Shown piece after piece: positions 18,494-27,199 of a stretch of 64,000 bases of DNA. Both the position numbers and the translations under genes were made by a program. The notes under the pieces were generated by a model that was not told the DNA's origin, searched no databases, and was given only the letters and a program-made list of their open reading frames with translations. Every line of letters begins with the position of its first letter. Positions within the stretch are counted from its first letter, which is position 1. The stretch is taken from the IMG/VR virus record IMGVR_UViG_3300013094_004547, positions 10,781 to 74,780 of that record. One strand, given 5' to 3'. Source of the stretch: a virus.

Positions 18494-20020
18494 TCAGGTG
18501 CCGGAGGCGCTGAGCGGGAATTGGAGGCGGAACTGTGCCTTGATGTTCAGTCTCCGCAGCTGGTTCACCACGTCCGGCGGATCCAGGATCTCGACCGTAT
18601 TCGGCTCGGTGTTCGAGCGGGTGACCGACAGGTTGGCAATGTAGAGATCAGCGTTCTCGACGAGCCCGTCCGTCTCCATATCCCGATACTCGGAGACCAT
18701 CTCGGCCTTGATCATCAGTGGCGTGACGATCGGCTTGCCGGCGCCGAACTTCGTCCCGTCGTTGGCGAGCGCACACCGCGGATACTTGCTCGTCAGTGCC
18801 TGCCGAACGCGGGTGTAGCGCTCATCGAGTGTGGCGAGCGTCGTCACCAACTCGTAGGCGTTGTCGGCCTGGCCGTAGCTGTTCTTCTGGTAGTTCGTCT
18901 GCTCGCGCAGGATGATCGGTTGGTTGGTCGAGCCGCCGTAGACGTCGGTCCCCTGGATCGCGATGCCGACCTGCGCGAGCGAATTCAGCTGCGCCTTGTT
19001 CCAGCGGTAGTCCGCCGGCGCCGGCAGCACGCCGATCAGCGGCAGCGTCTGGAGGGGCTGCGCCGCGTAGGCGTTGATCGAGAAGGCCGCGGCAGCGGTG
19101 TAGGCGGCGGTCCACTCCCAGCTTGGGGACGGCGACTGCTGCTCGAAGCCCATCGTGGAGATCAGCGCCGAGTTGTTCGACTGACCCCACAAGAAGGTTT
19201 CGGCGTAGAGGCCGCGGCGCGCCGAGAAGATCTGACCGTAGCTCTGGCGGTACGGGCCCCAGCGCCCGGAGTCGGTGAAGCCGTATTCCTGGTCCCACAC
19301 CGCGTATGAGCCGCTGTCGTGGAAGCCGAGGCCGACGAACTTGAACGGCCGGTCGAGGAGCGCCGCGATCGCGTTGGTGAAGTCCGGCGTCCCGGTCCCG
19401 CCAGCGAGCAGATTATTGATCGGGTATGTCAGCGCGAGACCGGCCGGCAGGGCTTCCCCGCCGTAGGTGCCGAGGTAGCTGTCGAGTACCGTCACGCTGT
19501 TGCCGGTCAGCCCCTTCCACTTGGCCGTGAGCGTCACGACGGCGCCAGCGGCCGATGCGGTAACCGGCAGGTCCGGGGTCGCGGCGATCGCCGCGGCGAT
19601 CTTAGCGGCCACCGTGGCGGTGGTGTCGGCCGAGACGATCGCGACCTGCAGCTTCTGGCCGGCGATGTAGAGCGGGAGGGTGCCCGCCACTGACGGCGCA
19701 GCGGTGACCGTGATCGTGCCGGTGGCTGCGACGCCGGCGGCCGGCTCTGAGATCGGCAGGCAGATGATCGGCACGCTGGTGACGCCCTTGAAGGCCGTCT
19801 TGAACATGCGCGCGAGCATGGAGCCGGCGCCGAACTGCGCGTCGGCGTCGTTGTTCGTGCCGCAGGCCACCGCGACGTTCGGCTTGGCGGCAGCTCCGGT
19901 GAGGAGATGCCCGACGAGCAGGATCCACTTTGGCGAGACCGGGGTACCGGCCTGCGAGGGATCCATCTGAACGTTGGGGCCCGGGAGCTTGTAGTTGTCC
20001 GGGATCGTGGTGATGCCCAT
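18494..20020 (-). CDS. Tail sheath protein (Mu gpL-like)
   Basis: FGAGSMLARM, LTAKWKGLTGN, PLQTLPLIG, TNYQKNSYG..D, PPDVVNQLR. Confidence 0.95.
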   Translation of the reverse strand: MGITTIPDNYKLPGPNVQMDPSQAGTPVSPKWILLVGHLLTGAAAKPNVAVACGTNNDADAQFGAGSMLARMFKTAFKGVTSVPIICLPISEPAAGVAATGTITVTAAPSVAGTLPLYIAGQKLQVAIVSADTTATVAAKIAAAIAATPDLPVTASAAGAVVTLTAKWKGLTGNSVTVLDSYLGTYGGEALPAGLALTYPINNLLAGGTGTPDFTNAIAALLDRPFKFVGLGFHDSGSYAVWDQEYGFTDSGRWGPYRQSYGQIFSARRGLYAETFLWGQSNNSALISTMGFEQQSPSPSWEWTAAYTAAAAFSINAYAAQPLQTLPLIGVLPAPADYRWNKAQLNSLAQVGIAIQGTDVYGGSTNQPIILREQTNYQKNSYGQADNAYELVTTLATLDERYTRVRQALTSKYPRCALANDGTKFGAGKPIVTPLMIKAEMVSEYRDMETDGLVENADLYIANLSVTRSNTEPNTVEILDPPDVVNQLRRLNIKAQFRLQFPLSASGT

Positions 20021-20026
20021 CGCGGC

Positions 20027-20272
20027 TTAGCCCTGATGCTCGGTGGCGGCGGGAGCGCCGGCGGGCGCGGCGGAGGCGGCGGCGGACGCGCCGCTGTCGT
20101 GCAGGTCCTCCAGGAGGCGGATCGTGCCGTCCCGGGCGAGCGCGAACGTGAACTGGTCGGCCGGCCACCGGGCGGTACCGTCGCCCTCGAAGCCGGTCCC
20201 CGACGGGAAGTGCTTGAGCGCGCGGAAGCGCGCCTCGGTCGCCTCGACGGCGACCGTGGTTTCACCGGCCAT
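20027..20272 (-). CDS. Small tail-associated protein (Mu gp38/DUF2635 position)
   Basis: WPADQFT..RDGTI; directly before the sheath. Confidence 0.6.
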   Translation of the reverse strand: MAGETTVAVEATEARFRALKHFPSGTGFEGDGTARWPADQFTFALARDGTIRLLEDLHDSGASAAASAAPAGAPAATEHQG

Positions 20273-20309
20273 GGCTGTGTCCTCGGAGGTAGGAGCGGCG
20301 CAGGCCGGC

Positions 20310-20900
20310 TCAGGTCGTGGGGATGTCGATCGTCAGAGCGATCGGCGGCGTGCCCGGGCCGGCGCCGGCGGGGCGGGCGGTGATCCGCACGTGCTCCAGC
20401 ACGTCGTCGAGGTCCGGATCGTATGCGGTGCGGAACACGAAGGTCATCTCGACCCGCCCCTCGGCGAAGTAGCTGGCGCCCTCCTGCGGGAAGAGGCGGC
20501 CGCGGCGGACCTTGGTCACCGCTTCGAAGAGCGGGTAGCGCTCTGGGTCGTCGAACGCCTTCGACGGGTCGATGCCCCGCACGAAGGTCGGATCCTGCAG
20601 GAGCCGCTTGCGGATGCCGTTCGTGGCCGTGTCGAGCTGCTCGTCGAGCTCCTCGGGCGGCGCGTATCCGACGCAGTACGAGATCCCGATCGTGACCTCG
20701 TTCATGAACCGGGGCTGGCCCTGGTTGGCCTCGTCCTCGGGACTCTCCAGCTCGTCGGCGATGACGACCAAGAGGGCGGGGAGCTCTTCCTCCTGGAGCT
20801 GCGGCCGGACCTGGCGGCGGAAGCCGTTGACCGGCAGCCAGTCTTGGCCCGAGAGGCGTTCGATGATCGCCTCACGGATCTTGGTGGCCTCGGACGACAT
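20310..20900 (-). CDS. Putative tail completion/terminator protein
   Basis: IREAIIERL, ELPALLV; neck-gene position. Confidence 0.65.
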   Translation of the reverse strand: MSSEATKIREAIIERLSGQDWLPVNGFRRQVRPQLQEEELPALLVVIADELESPEDEANQGQPRFMNEVTIGISYCVGYAPPEELDEQLDTATNGIRKRLLQDPTFVRGIDPSKAFDDPERYPLFEAVTKVRRGRLFPQEGASYFAEGRVEMTFVFRTAYDPDLDDVLEHVRITARPAGAGPGTPPIALTIDIPTT

Positions 20901-21253
20901 CAGGCCCCCTTGGGCTTTCTCTTGAGGGTGATCGTCGCCCCGCCCTGGCCGTCTGGGTCAACGTCGTCGATCCAGAGCGTGCCCTCGTCCGGATAGAAGC
21001 CGGCGGCGGGCACCTGGATCTGCATCTGCGGAACTGGCCGGACGGGCCAATCGGCCAGACGGATGCCCAGGGTGATCGCGGTCGAGTTCAGACTCCCGCC
21101 GCTTTCGACCGCCACATCGACGTTGCGCACCGACCAGACGCCCGTGGCTTGGAACGGCGGCCTGGTCGGCCGCGAGGCCAGCGGCGTCACCGTCACCGGG
21201 CGTCCGAACGCGGTGATGCCGGGCCCGAGCGCCAGGGCGGCGAAGTCGATCAC
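20900..21253 (-). CDS. Head-tail joining protein (lambda gpFII-like)
   Basis: FGRPVTVTP, LGIRLADW, IDDVDPDGQGG. Confidence 0.75.
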   Translation of the reverse strand: MIDFAALALGPGITAFGRPVTVTPLASRPTRPPFQATGVWSVRNVDVAVESGGSLNSTAITLGIRLADWPVRPVPQMQIQVPAAGFYPDEGTLWIDDVDPDGQGGATITLKRKPKGA

Positions 21254-21528
21254 GCGGCGACCGGCTTCGCGGGGGCCTTGCCGGCGGGCTTGGCGTCTGC
21301 CGCTGGCTCCTCGTCCGGGATCTCCTCCAGGACCTCGCCGCCAAAGCGCGCGATGATCCGGTCGGCCTCGTCCGCGTCGAGGGTCACTTCCTCGCCGGCC
21401 TTCCTATGCGCGATCCCGCGCGAGGCGGGCACAAGCACGGTGCCGGCCGCGTCGCGCACCTCGGCGACGTCGTGATCCGGATCCTCGACGCCGAGGGCGA
21501 TCTTGGTGACGATGGTCTTCTTCGGCAT
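21250..21528 (-). CDS. Small head-associated protein (gpFI position)
   Basis: AGEEVTLD..EADRI; after the capsid gene. Confidence 0.6.
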   Translation of the reverse strand: MPKKTIVTKIALGVEDPDHDVAEVRDAAGTVLVPASRGIAHRKAGEEVTLDADEADRIIARFGGEVLEEIPDEEPAADAKPAGKAPAKPVAA

Positions 21529-21540
21529 GGCGGTCTCTCG

Positions 21541-22500
21541 CTATTCGGCCGCCATCGCCTTGGCAGCCCGGCGCCGTTCCATGGCGGCCTGGAAGGAGAC
21601 GCGTCGGCGCTCGACGGCCTCTGGTGTCTGTTTGCGACCCATCATCGCGAGGCGCTGCTTTTCGCGCTGCTCGAGCGATTTGGGCTTGCCCTTGTGTGCC
21701 TGCGAAGAGGCGATCTTTGCCGCGTCTGAGCAGGGCTTCCCCTTCCGCGCAAGAGACATCGCCTCACATTGTTCAGCGGTCCGCTTCTTCCCTGTGTTTG
21801 CGGCCGCGGCTTTTGCGACCCATTCAGGGAGAGATTTGCGTCCGGCCTGCCTCGCGCGAAGTCTTTCTCGCATCTCCGGCGTGCATATGCGCCCAAGACT
21901 GTTCTTGTTGCCACGCTGTGCTTCGGAGAACCGGGCGCGCTGCTCTGTAGTGCGCTTCTTCCCGCGGTTGGCTTCCGCAGCCCTAGCGACAACCCCTGGA
22001 GATCGAGGCCTACCGAGATTGAGGTCCCGCAGCTTAGCCCTGGTCTCCTCGCTCACGGGATGGCCCATGAGAGACCGGCTAACTGCGGCCGAAATCTTAG
22101 CTTGGAGTTCTGGGTCGCGGCCGCTGGCTCCCTCGCCACCGTCCGTGCCGTTGACGAGCGAACCCGCAGGTCGCCGGCCGTACAACGCGATCAGTTCGCG
22201 CTCGACAGAGAAGGCTTCAGCGTCGGTCAGTCCCTCCTGGACCTTCCGAACCGTTATTCGGCCTGTCCCTTCCCGTCGATCCTTCTGGATCATCCGATAA
22301 AGGATCTTGTTATGTCCGGTTGCGGATGCGTGTCGGAGCCAGCGCTTGCCGCAACCCTTCCCGATGTACACCGGGATCTCGTCGCGGCTGTACTGGTAGA
22401 CGTAAAAATTTCGCCTGCCACTTTCAGCGTCGATCACGCGGGCGGTCCTCTCGCCAGTATGATTAGGGGCCGAGGTCGTTTGCGGCGACTTCGGCCCCAC
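21541..22500 (-). CDS. Free-standing GIY-YIG homing endonuclease with NUMOD3 repeats (start uncertain)
   Basis: FYVYQY..VYIGKG..R..E..LVNGTDGGEG, then repeated SEETRAKL-type units; lower GC. Confidence 0.85.
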   Translation of the reverse strand: MGPKSPQTTSAPNHTGERTARVIDAESGRRNFYVYQYSRDEIPVYIGKGCGKRWLRHASATGHNKILYRMIQKDRREGTGRITVRKVQEGLTDAEAFSVERELIALYGRRPAGSLVNGTDGGEGASGRDPELQAKISAAVSRSLMGHPVSEETRAKLRDLNLGRPRSPGVVARAAEANRGKKRTTEQRARFSEAQRGNKNSLGRICTPEMRERLRARQAGRKSLPEWVAKAAAANTGKKRTAEQCEAMSLARKGKPCSDAAKIASSQAHKGKPKSLEQREKQRLAMMGRKQTPEAVERRRVSFQAAMERRRAAKAMAAE

Positions 22501-22548
22501 ATCAAACTAACGCGAACCCTTCGACGATCCACCTAGTGTTAAGACGTC

Positions 22549-23598
22549 CTATCGGACCGTCGCGCAGAACGTTGCGTCAACCCAGCCCAATACGGGAAGT
22601 GGCGCAGACTGTGTCATCAAATATTCAGCCGACGGATCCTCGCTGATCCAGTTCTTCGGGAAGCGCGGCATGGCGCGCAGCGCGCGCACGTCCTGGATGG
22701 CGCCGTAGAGGCGGGTGCCCTGCGCGCCGACCGGATCCAGCATCATGCAGGTGTAGTCCGGCATGAACTGCGTGACGTTGCCGGCATCGTCGGTGAAGTA
22801 CTGCTGGTAGACCCAGAACTCGAACTCACCGGTGTCGCCGAGGTACTTCGCCTCGCGACCGACGCCGCCGACCACGACGCCGCCGAGATCGACGTTGCCC
22901 TTGGTCTGGCGGAACGAGTTCATGATCTGCTGAATGCCGGGCGACTTGACCAGCAGGTTGCCGGCCAGCGGATCCAGCACCACCACGCTCGGGTGGAAGC
23001 CCGAATTCTTCTGCACCGTCGCGGCGGACGTGCGCAGGAAGTCGAGCGCGTCGACGCCGGTCTCACCCCAGCGCGCGCCACCGGTCAGCGCCACGGTGTG
23101 GTTCGGGTTGCGCTGCAGGTCGACCGCGGTGCGCTGCGGATAGTTCGGGCCGGAAAGCACGAGGCCGCCGGTCTGCACCAGCTGGCAGGCCATCAGCTCC
23201 TCGTGGCGGGTGATCTGGTCGTCCTGGATCTTGAGCGTGTCCATGACGATCATGGCGCGGCGCTCCTCGGGGGAGAATTCGCCGAGCAGGCGCTCGCCGG
23301 GCCGGCGCCGCAGCATGCGGTTGGGCTCGATAACGTGCTTGGGCTTCACGTAGCCGGGCACGAGGCTCGCGGCGTTGAAGCCGCGCAGGCGCTCGGGCTG
23401 GCCGACGTCGCCGGGATGGACCAGAGGAGCGAGGCGGCGGGCGCGCTCGACCTTGTCGAAGTAGACCTCCTCCGTCTCGAACTGCTGCTCCATGCCGAAC
23501 GCAAGGTTCCACAGGAACGGGTTCGGGCGGTCGATTACGCCGTACGCGCCGAGCAGGAACGCGGTGGAGTAGACGGAGGCGTCGGTTTGGTTGGCCAC
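22549..23598 (-). CDS. Major capsid protein (lambda gpE family)
   Basis: RRLAPLV, PGYVKPK, E.MA.Q..G, YGAIQD, EDPS..LMTQSAPLP. Confidence 0.95.
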   Translation of the reverse strand: MANQTDASVYSTAFLLGAYGVIDRPNPFLWNLAFGMEQQFETEEVYFDKVERARRLAPLVHPGDVGQPERLRGFNAASLVPGYVKPKHVIEPNRMLRRRPGERLLGEFSPEERRAMIVMDTLKIQDDQITRHEELMACQLVQTGGLVLSGPNYPQRTAVDLQRNPNHTVALTGGARWGETGVDALDFLRTSAATVQKNSGFHPSVVVLDPLAGNLLVKSPGIQQIMNSFRQTKGNVDLGGVVVGGVGREAKYLGDTGEFEFWVYQQYFTDDAGNVTQFMPDYTCMMLDPVGAQGTRLYGAIQDVRALRAMPRFPKNWISEDPSAEYLMTQSAPLPVLGWVDATFCATVR

Positions 23599-23672
23599 GG
23601 GCGGTTCTCCAAAAGAGAAGGGCGCCCGAGGCGCCCTGTGTCAGTCCGGATTGTTGCGGGGGCGGCGTGCGG

Positions 23673-24056
23673 TCAGGCGACCGCGCCGACGGAGCGAATG
23701 AAGATGTCCCGGCCGGCGATGCGGAAGGCGTCGTCCAGCGTCTGGATCGTCCAGGAGGCGTCGATCGGCATGACCTCGCCTGCGAACTCGCCGGTCTCGT
23801 AGCCCTTCACCCGGACGTCGGCGGCGCTGGCGTCGACCTCGAAGGTCAGGATGTGCGTGGGGACCTGGGAGCCGTCCGAGGCGGTCTTGACGCTCGGGAT
23901 GTACTTGTCGGTGGCGGTCACGCGCCCGAGCGGGGTGCCTCGCTTAAGAGGCACGCCGGGGGCATTGGCGCCCGAGGCGATCACGAGCGAGCGCGTGGCG
24001 CGCGGGAAGTCGCCGGCGTAGAGCGCAGTCGGGTGGAAGTTCGAGAAGACGGTCAT
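23673..24056 (-). CDS. Head decoration protein (lambda gpD family)
   Basis: LKRGTPLG, ASDGSQVP..IL, Y.TGEF. Confidence 0.9.
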   Translation of the reverse strand: MTVFSNFHPTALYAGDFPRATRSLVIASGANAPGVPLKRGTPLGRVTATDKYIPSVKTASDGSQVPTHILTFEVDASAADVRVKGYETGEFAGEVMPIDASWTIQTLDDAFRIAGRDIFIRSVGAVA

Positions 24057-24137
24057 TCGGGCGGGTCCTCTGGATGGCCGCCTTCAGGCCGGCCGCGTCG
24101 GATGGGCGGCACGCGGTTGCCCGCGCGCCCGGCAGGA

Positions 24138-24821
24138 TCAGTTCTTCTTCGGATCGGGCTTGCCGCCGAGGCGACGGAAGAAGGCCGCGCCCTCCTCGAC
24201 CTCGCGCTGGAAGGCGGCCTTCGAGCCGGAACGGGCGACATCGCGGCCGATTTCCTCGGTGCCGTTGCCGGCGAGGGTCTCATTGCCGCGGGCCTCCTGC
24301 TTCTTCAGCATCCGCTCGAGCAGGATCTCGCCGAAGCGCTTGGACGAGGTGCCCTGATTGATGTGCTTGCGCCCGAGCTTGGGCAGGCCGGCGCGCTCGG
24401 CCATCTCGGTGATCCGGGCGGAGCGGACGCGCTCGGCCTTCACCGCAGCTTCGGCAGCGCGACGGGCGGCCTTGGCGCCGTTGGCGGCGCGCTCGGCTTC
24501 TTCCTCGTCGGCATCCTCGTCGTCGCCGTCGCCACGATCCTCGTCGTCGCCAGCGTCGTCGTCGGCATCCCGCTCGTCGTCACCATCGGCATCGCCGTCC
24601 TTCTTGCCCTCGTCGCCGGTGCTCACCTCGTCCTCGTCCTCGTCGCGGTCGGCCTCGTCCTCATCTTCGGACTCCTCCGCATCGCGCTTGGCGCGCTCGG
24701 CGGCGGCGCGGCGGGCTTCCGCCTGGCGCTTCTTCTCGGCCTCGATCTCGGCCGCGGACTTGCTGCTGCGGTTGCCCTTCGGGGCGGACTTGGCGGGGGA
24801 CTTACCGGTGCGGTTGGCCAT
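24138..24821 (-). CDS. Nested in-frame scaffolding protein (lambda Nu3-like internal start MANRTGKS)
   Basis: CAGGAG-ACCACC-ATG inside the protease frame; D/E-rich tract; AERVR..I. Confidence 0.6.
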   Translation of the reverse strand: MANRTGKSPAKSAPKGNRSSKSAAEIEAEKKRQAEARRAAAERAKRDAEESEDEDEADRDEDEDEVSTGDEGKKDGDADGDDERDADDDAGDDEDRGDGDDEDADEEEAERAANGAKAARRAAEAAVKAERVRSARITEMAERAGLPKLGRKHINQGTSSKRFGEILLERMLKKQEARGNETLAGNGTEEIGRDVARSGSKAAFQREVEEGAAFFRRLGGKPDPKKN

Positions 24822-25580
24822 GGTGGTCTCCTGGGCGGCCGTGGACTTCGTCCTGGAGGCCGTGCTGCGGGTCACGATCAGGCAGGAGGAGCGGGCCAGC
24901 GCCTCGCCCTCGTCGCCCTCTGCGGATCGGATCTGTGAGCCGGCATCGGCCGGCACGGGGACGGCGCTGATCTCCAGCGGCTCCCAGTCGACGACGTCGT
25001 GGCGGGCGACACTGCCGTCGTCGGCCTCGGTCTTGACCACCTTGTGCAGCCAGTACCCGACCGAGATGTTGCGGATCACGCCCTCGCGGATCTTCTGCAC
25101 GGTGTCGGCGACGCCGGGGGCGGCCGAGAGCAGGATCGTCGCGATGCCGCGCCCGTCCTCGATCTTGGCGGTGCCGGGCACCACCGCGCCGATGACGTTG
25201 TCGAGGCAGTGGGTCGCGTGGGTGTCGACGAAGGCCGCGCCCGCGTTCAGGCGATCGAGCCGGACCGCGCCCGGCTCCATCGAGAGGACCTCGTCGTACT
25301 CCTCACCGTCCCACCACGAGAAGCGGCGAACGCTCGCCCCCGTGCTCCAGACGATCTCGACCGTGTTGGCTTTGGCGTCGAAGCTTTCCGGGCGCACGCT
25401 GGCGTCCCGGTGCACGGGCGGCAGCCGCACCACGTTGTCGTCGCTCGAGCCGGACGAGCGCTGCCCGGTTCGGGCGGGAGAGCTCCGGCTCGTCCCCGGG
25501 GCTGATCTCCCGGTCCGGTTGCTGGAGGCCGGCGACGTTCGTGACGCGCGGGTCGGAGTCGAGGACAATGCCGAGGTCAT
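24138..25580 (-). CDS. Prohead protease (HK97-like) fused to an acidic scaffold; true start uncertain (about 25433-25580)
   Basis: TVEIVWSTG, LDRLNAGA.FVDTH, NISVGY, DWEPLEISAVPVPAD. Confidence 0.88.
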   Translation of the reverse strand: MTSALSSTPTRASRTSPASSNRTGRSAPGTSRSSPARTGQRSSGSSDDNVVRLPPVHRDASVRPESFDAKANTVEIVWSTGASVRRFSWWDGEEYDEVLSMEPGAVRLDRLNAGAAFVDTHATHCLDNVIGAVVPGTAKIEDGRGIATILLSAAPGVADTVQKIREGVIRNISVGYWLHKVVKTEADDGSVARHDVVDWEPLEISAVPVPADAGSQIRSAEGDEGEALARSSCLIVTRSTASRTKSTAAQETTMANRTGKSPAKSAPKGNRSSKSAAEIEAEKKRQAEARRAAAERAKRDAEESEDEDEADRDEDEDEVSTGDEGKKDGDADGDDERDADDDAGDDEDRGDGDDEDADEEEAERAANGAKAARRAAEAAVKAERVRSARITEMAERAGLPKLGRKHINQGTSSKRFGEILLERMLKKQEARGNETLAGNGTEEIGRDVARSGSKAAFQREVEEGAAFFRRLGGKPDPKKN

Positions 25581-26958
25581 CGCACTTGGTGTTCCAGTCG
25601 TTGATCTCGTCGAGCACGTCGTCCGGGTTGCGCCCGGTCTCCGACACCACGTCCTGGTAGGAGCGGATGCCGGTACGCATCGCGAGCTGGGCTGCCTGGG
25701 CGTCCGCCATCGGGTCGACCCACTCGAATTTCGGGGGCGCCCACTGCACGGGGATCACGGGCTCGTCGATCACGCCCGCGAGGAACGCGATCTCGCACCA
25801 CCATTCCCAGATCGGCTGGAGGGCCAGCTGGATCAGGATGTGCCACTGGATGGTGCGCAGCAGGCGGCGGAACTCGACGAGGCCGCCGCGCATGGAGCTG
25901 AAGTTGACTTTGGAGAGGTCGTTGGAGACCAGCTCGTAGGGCACGCGGTAGCCGGCCGCGATCGTCTGCAGCTGGCTGACTTTGTATTCGCCGTAGCCAC
26001 CGACCGCATTCGGGGCGTTGAATTTGATGTCCTTGCCGCCGCGCAGGCGGGCGATCATGCCTGGCTCGAACTTCTCGTAGACCGAGCCGTCGGCCGCCAG
26101 GACCTGGGGCGCGATCGACTCGTCCTCGGCGTCCTCGGCGTCGACGACGAAGCCGGCGATGCACGCCTCGGTGCGCTTGCGGGTGATCTCCGCGAGCTCG
26201 TAGTCGGCGAGCAGCTGCAGGTTCTCGATCGCAGGCGTGCCCCAGGGGACGCCGCGCGTCTGGGTCCGCTGCAGCTCGTAGACGTGCAGCACCTCGTCGG
26301 CCGGCACTGGTGCCGAGACGGTCGGCTCGCCGGTGTTGATCCAGAGGTTGCCCGGGTGCTGCGGGTAGAGCCAGTAGGCCGACCGCTTGCGGGTCTTGAT
26401 GTCGACCTCGACGCCCTGGATCGCGATCGTCCCGGGTGTCAGCATCCCGTTGCGGGCCGGGTCGCCGAAGTCGGCTTCGAGGAGCTGCAGCTCCAGCGGC
26501 ACGTCGCCGGTACCGATCTTCTTGCGCAGGCGCTTGCGGACCAGGACCTCGCCGCCCTCGATCATCTCGCGGCAGAGCAGCGTCTGCAGGCCGTAGAAGT
26601 CGAGCTGGCCAGCCGCGTCGCACCGGAACGACCAGCGCTCGAAGGCCTCGCGGATCCGCTTGTCCTTCGCCTTGTTGCCGGTCACCGGGCGGGGGACGAT
26701 GCCCTCGCCGACGATGTTCGAGACGAGCGACGCGACCGCCTTGGCCGCGTACGGGTTGTTCCGGACGAGGTAGCGGGACCGGTCGCGCAGCGTGCGCGCG
26801 CTCCCGAAGATCTCGGTGTCCGCCGACGCGAACCGCGTCAGCCACGGCTCGCGCAGGCGCGTCGAAGCGGCGGCATCGTAGCTGCGGGCCATCTTGCCCG
26901 GGATGCCGCGCTCGGGGCGCGGCGCTGGCCCGGGGGCCGCCTTCCTGAGGGCGGCCAT
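25303..26958 (-). CDS. Lambda-family portal protein
   Basis: LRDRSRYLVRNN, GEVL, LQLLEAD, QTRGVP, DLSKVNFSS.R.G, WVDP. Confidence 0.95.
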   Translation of the reverse strand: MAALRKAAPGPAPRPERGIPGKMARSYDAAASTRLREPWLTRFASADTEIFGSARTLRDRSRYLVRNNPYAAKAVASLVSNIVGEGIVPRPVTGNKAKDKRIREAFERWSFRCDAAGQLDFYGLQTLLCREMIEGGEVLVRKRLRKKIGTGDVPLELQLLEADFGDPARNGMLTPGTIAIQGVEVDIKTRKRSAYWLYPQHPGNLWINTGEPTVSAPVPADEVLHVYELQRTQTRGVPWGTPAIENLQLLADYELAEITRKRTEACIAGFVVDAEDAEDESIAPQVLAADGSVYEKFEPGMIARLRGGKDIKFNAPNAVGGYGEYKVSQLQTIAAGYRVPYELVSNDLSKVNFSSMRGGLVEFRRLLRTIQWHILIQLALQPIWEWWCEIAFLAGVIDEPVIPVQWAPPKFEWVDPMADAQAAQLAMRTGIRSYQDVVSETGRNPDDVLDEINDWNTKCDDLGIVLDSDPRVTNVAGLQQPDREISPGDEPELSRPNRAALVRLERRQRGAAAARAPGRQRAPGKLRRQSQHGRDRLEHGGERSPLLVVGR

Positions 26959-26959
26959 G

Positions 26960-27199
26960 CTAGTACCCGCCGTAGCCCGACCCGCGGGTCCGGTAGCCGT
27001 TCGAGAAGCCCGCCACGCCGGCGACCGCGCGGCTCTGGCCGTTGGCCTTGGCCTGCTGCCGCTTCAGGTAGGCGATGACCTGGATCATCTCCTTGAAGGA
27101 GCGATACGAAGCACTCTTGCCTTCGTAGGCCACCGACAGGACGCCCTGCGCGAGCGCGGCCTCCATCGCCGCGATCTGCGCCGTGTGGTCTACAGCCAT
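26960..27199 (-). CDS. Head completion protein (gpW-like)
   Basis: ALAQGVLSVAYEGKSASYRS; between terminase and portal. Confidence 0.85.
   Translation of the reverse strand: MAVDHTAQIAAMEAALAQGVLSVAYEGKSASYRSFKEMIQVIAYLKRQQAKANGQSRAVAGVAGFSNGYRTRGSGYGGY

Noticed and set aside
11336-20020. Stand-alone tailocin, eCIS or transposable Mu-like phage
   Set aside because: Full head and packaging genes, cos and a tyrosine integrase are present; no MuA/MuB transposase.
24358-27078. 906-aa plus-strand ORF and many similar long antisense ORFs
   Set aside because: Shadow frames of high-GC genes on the other strand; no motifs or RBS.
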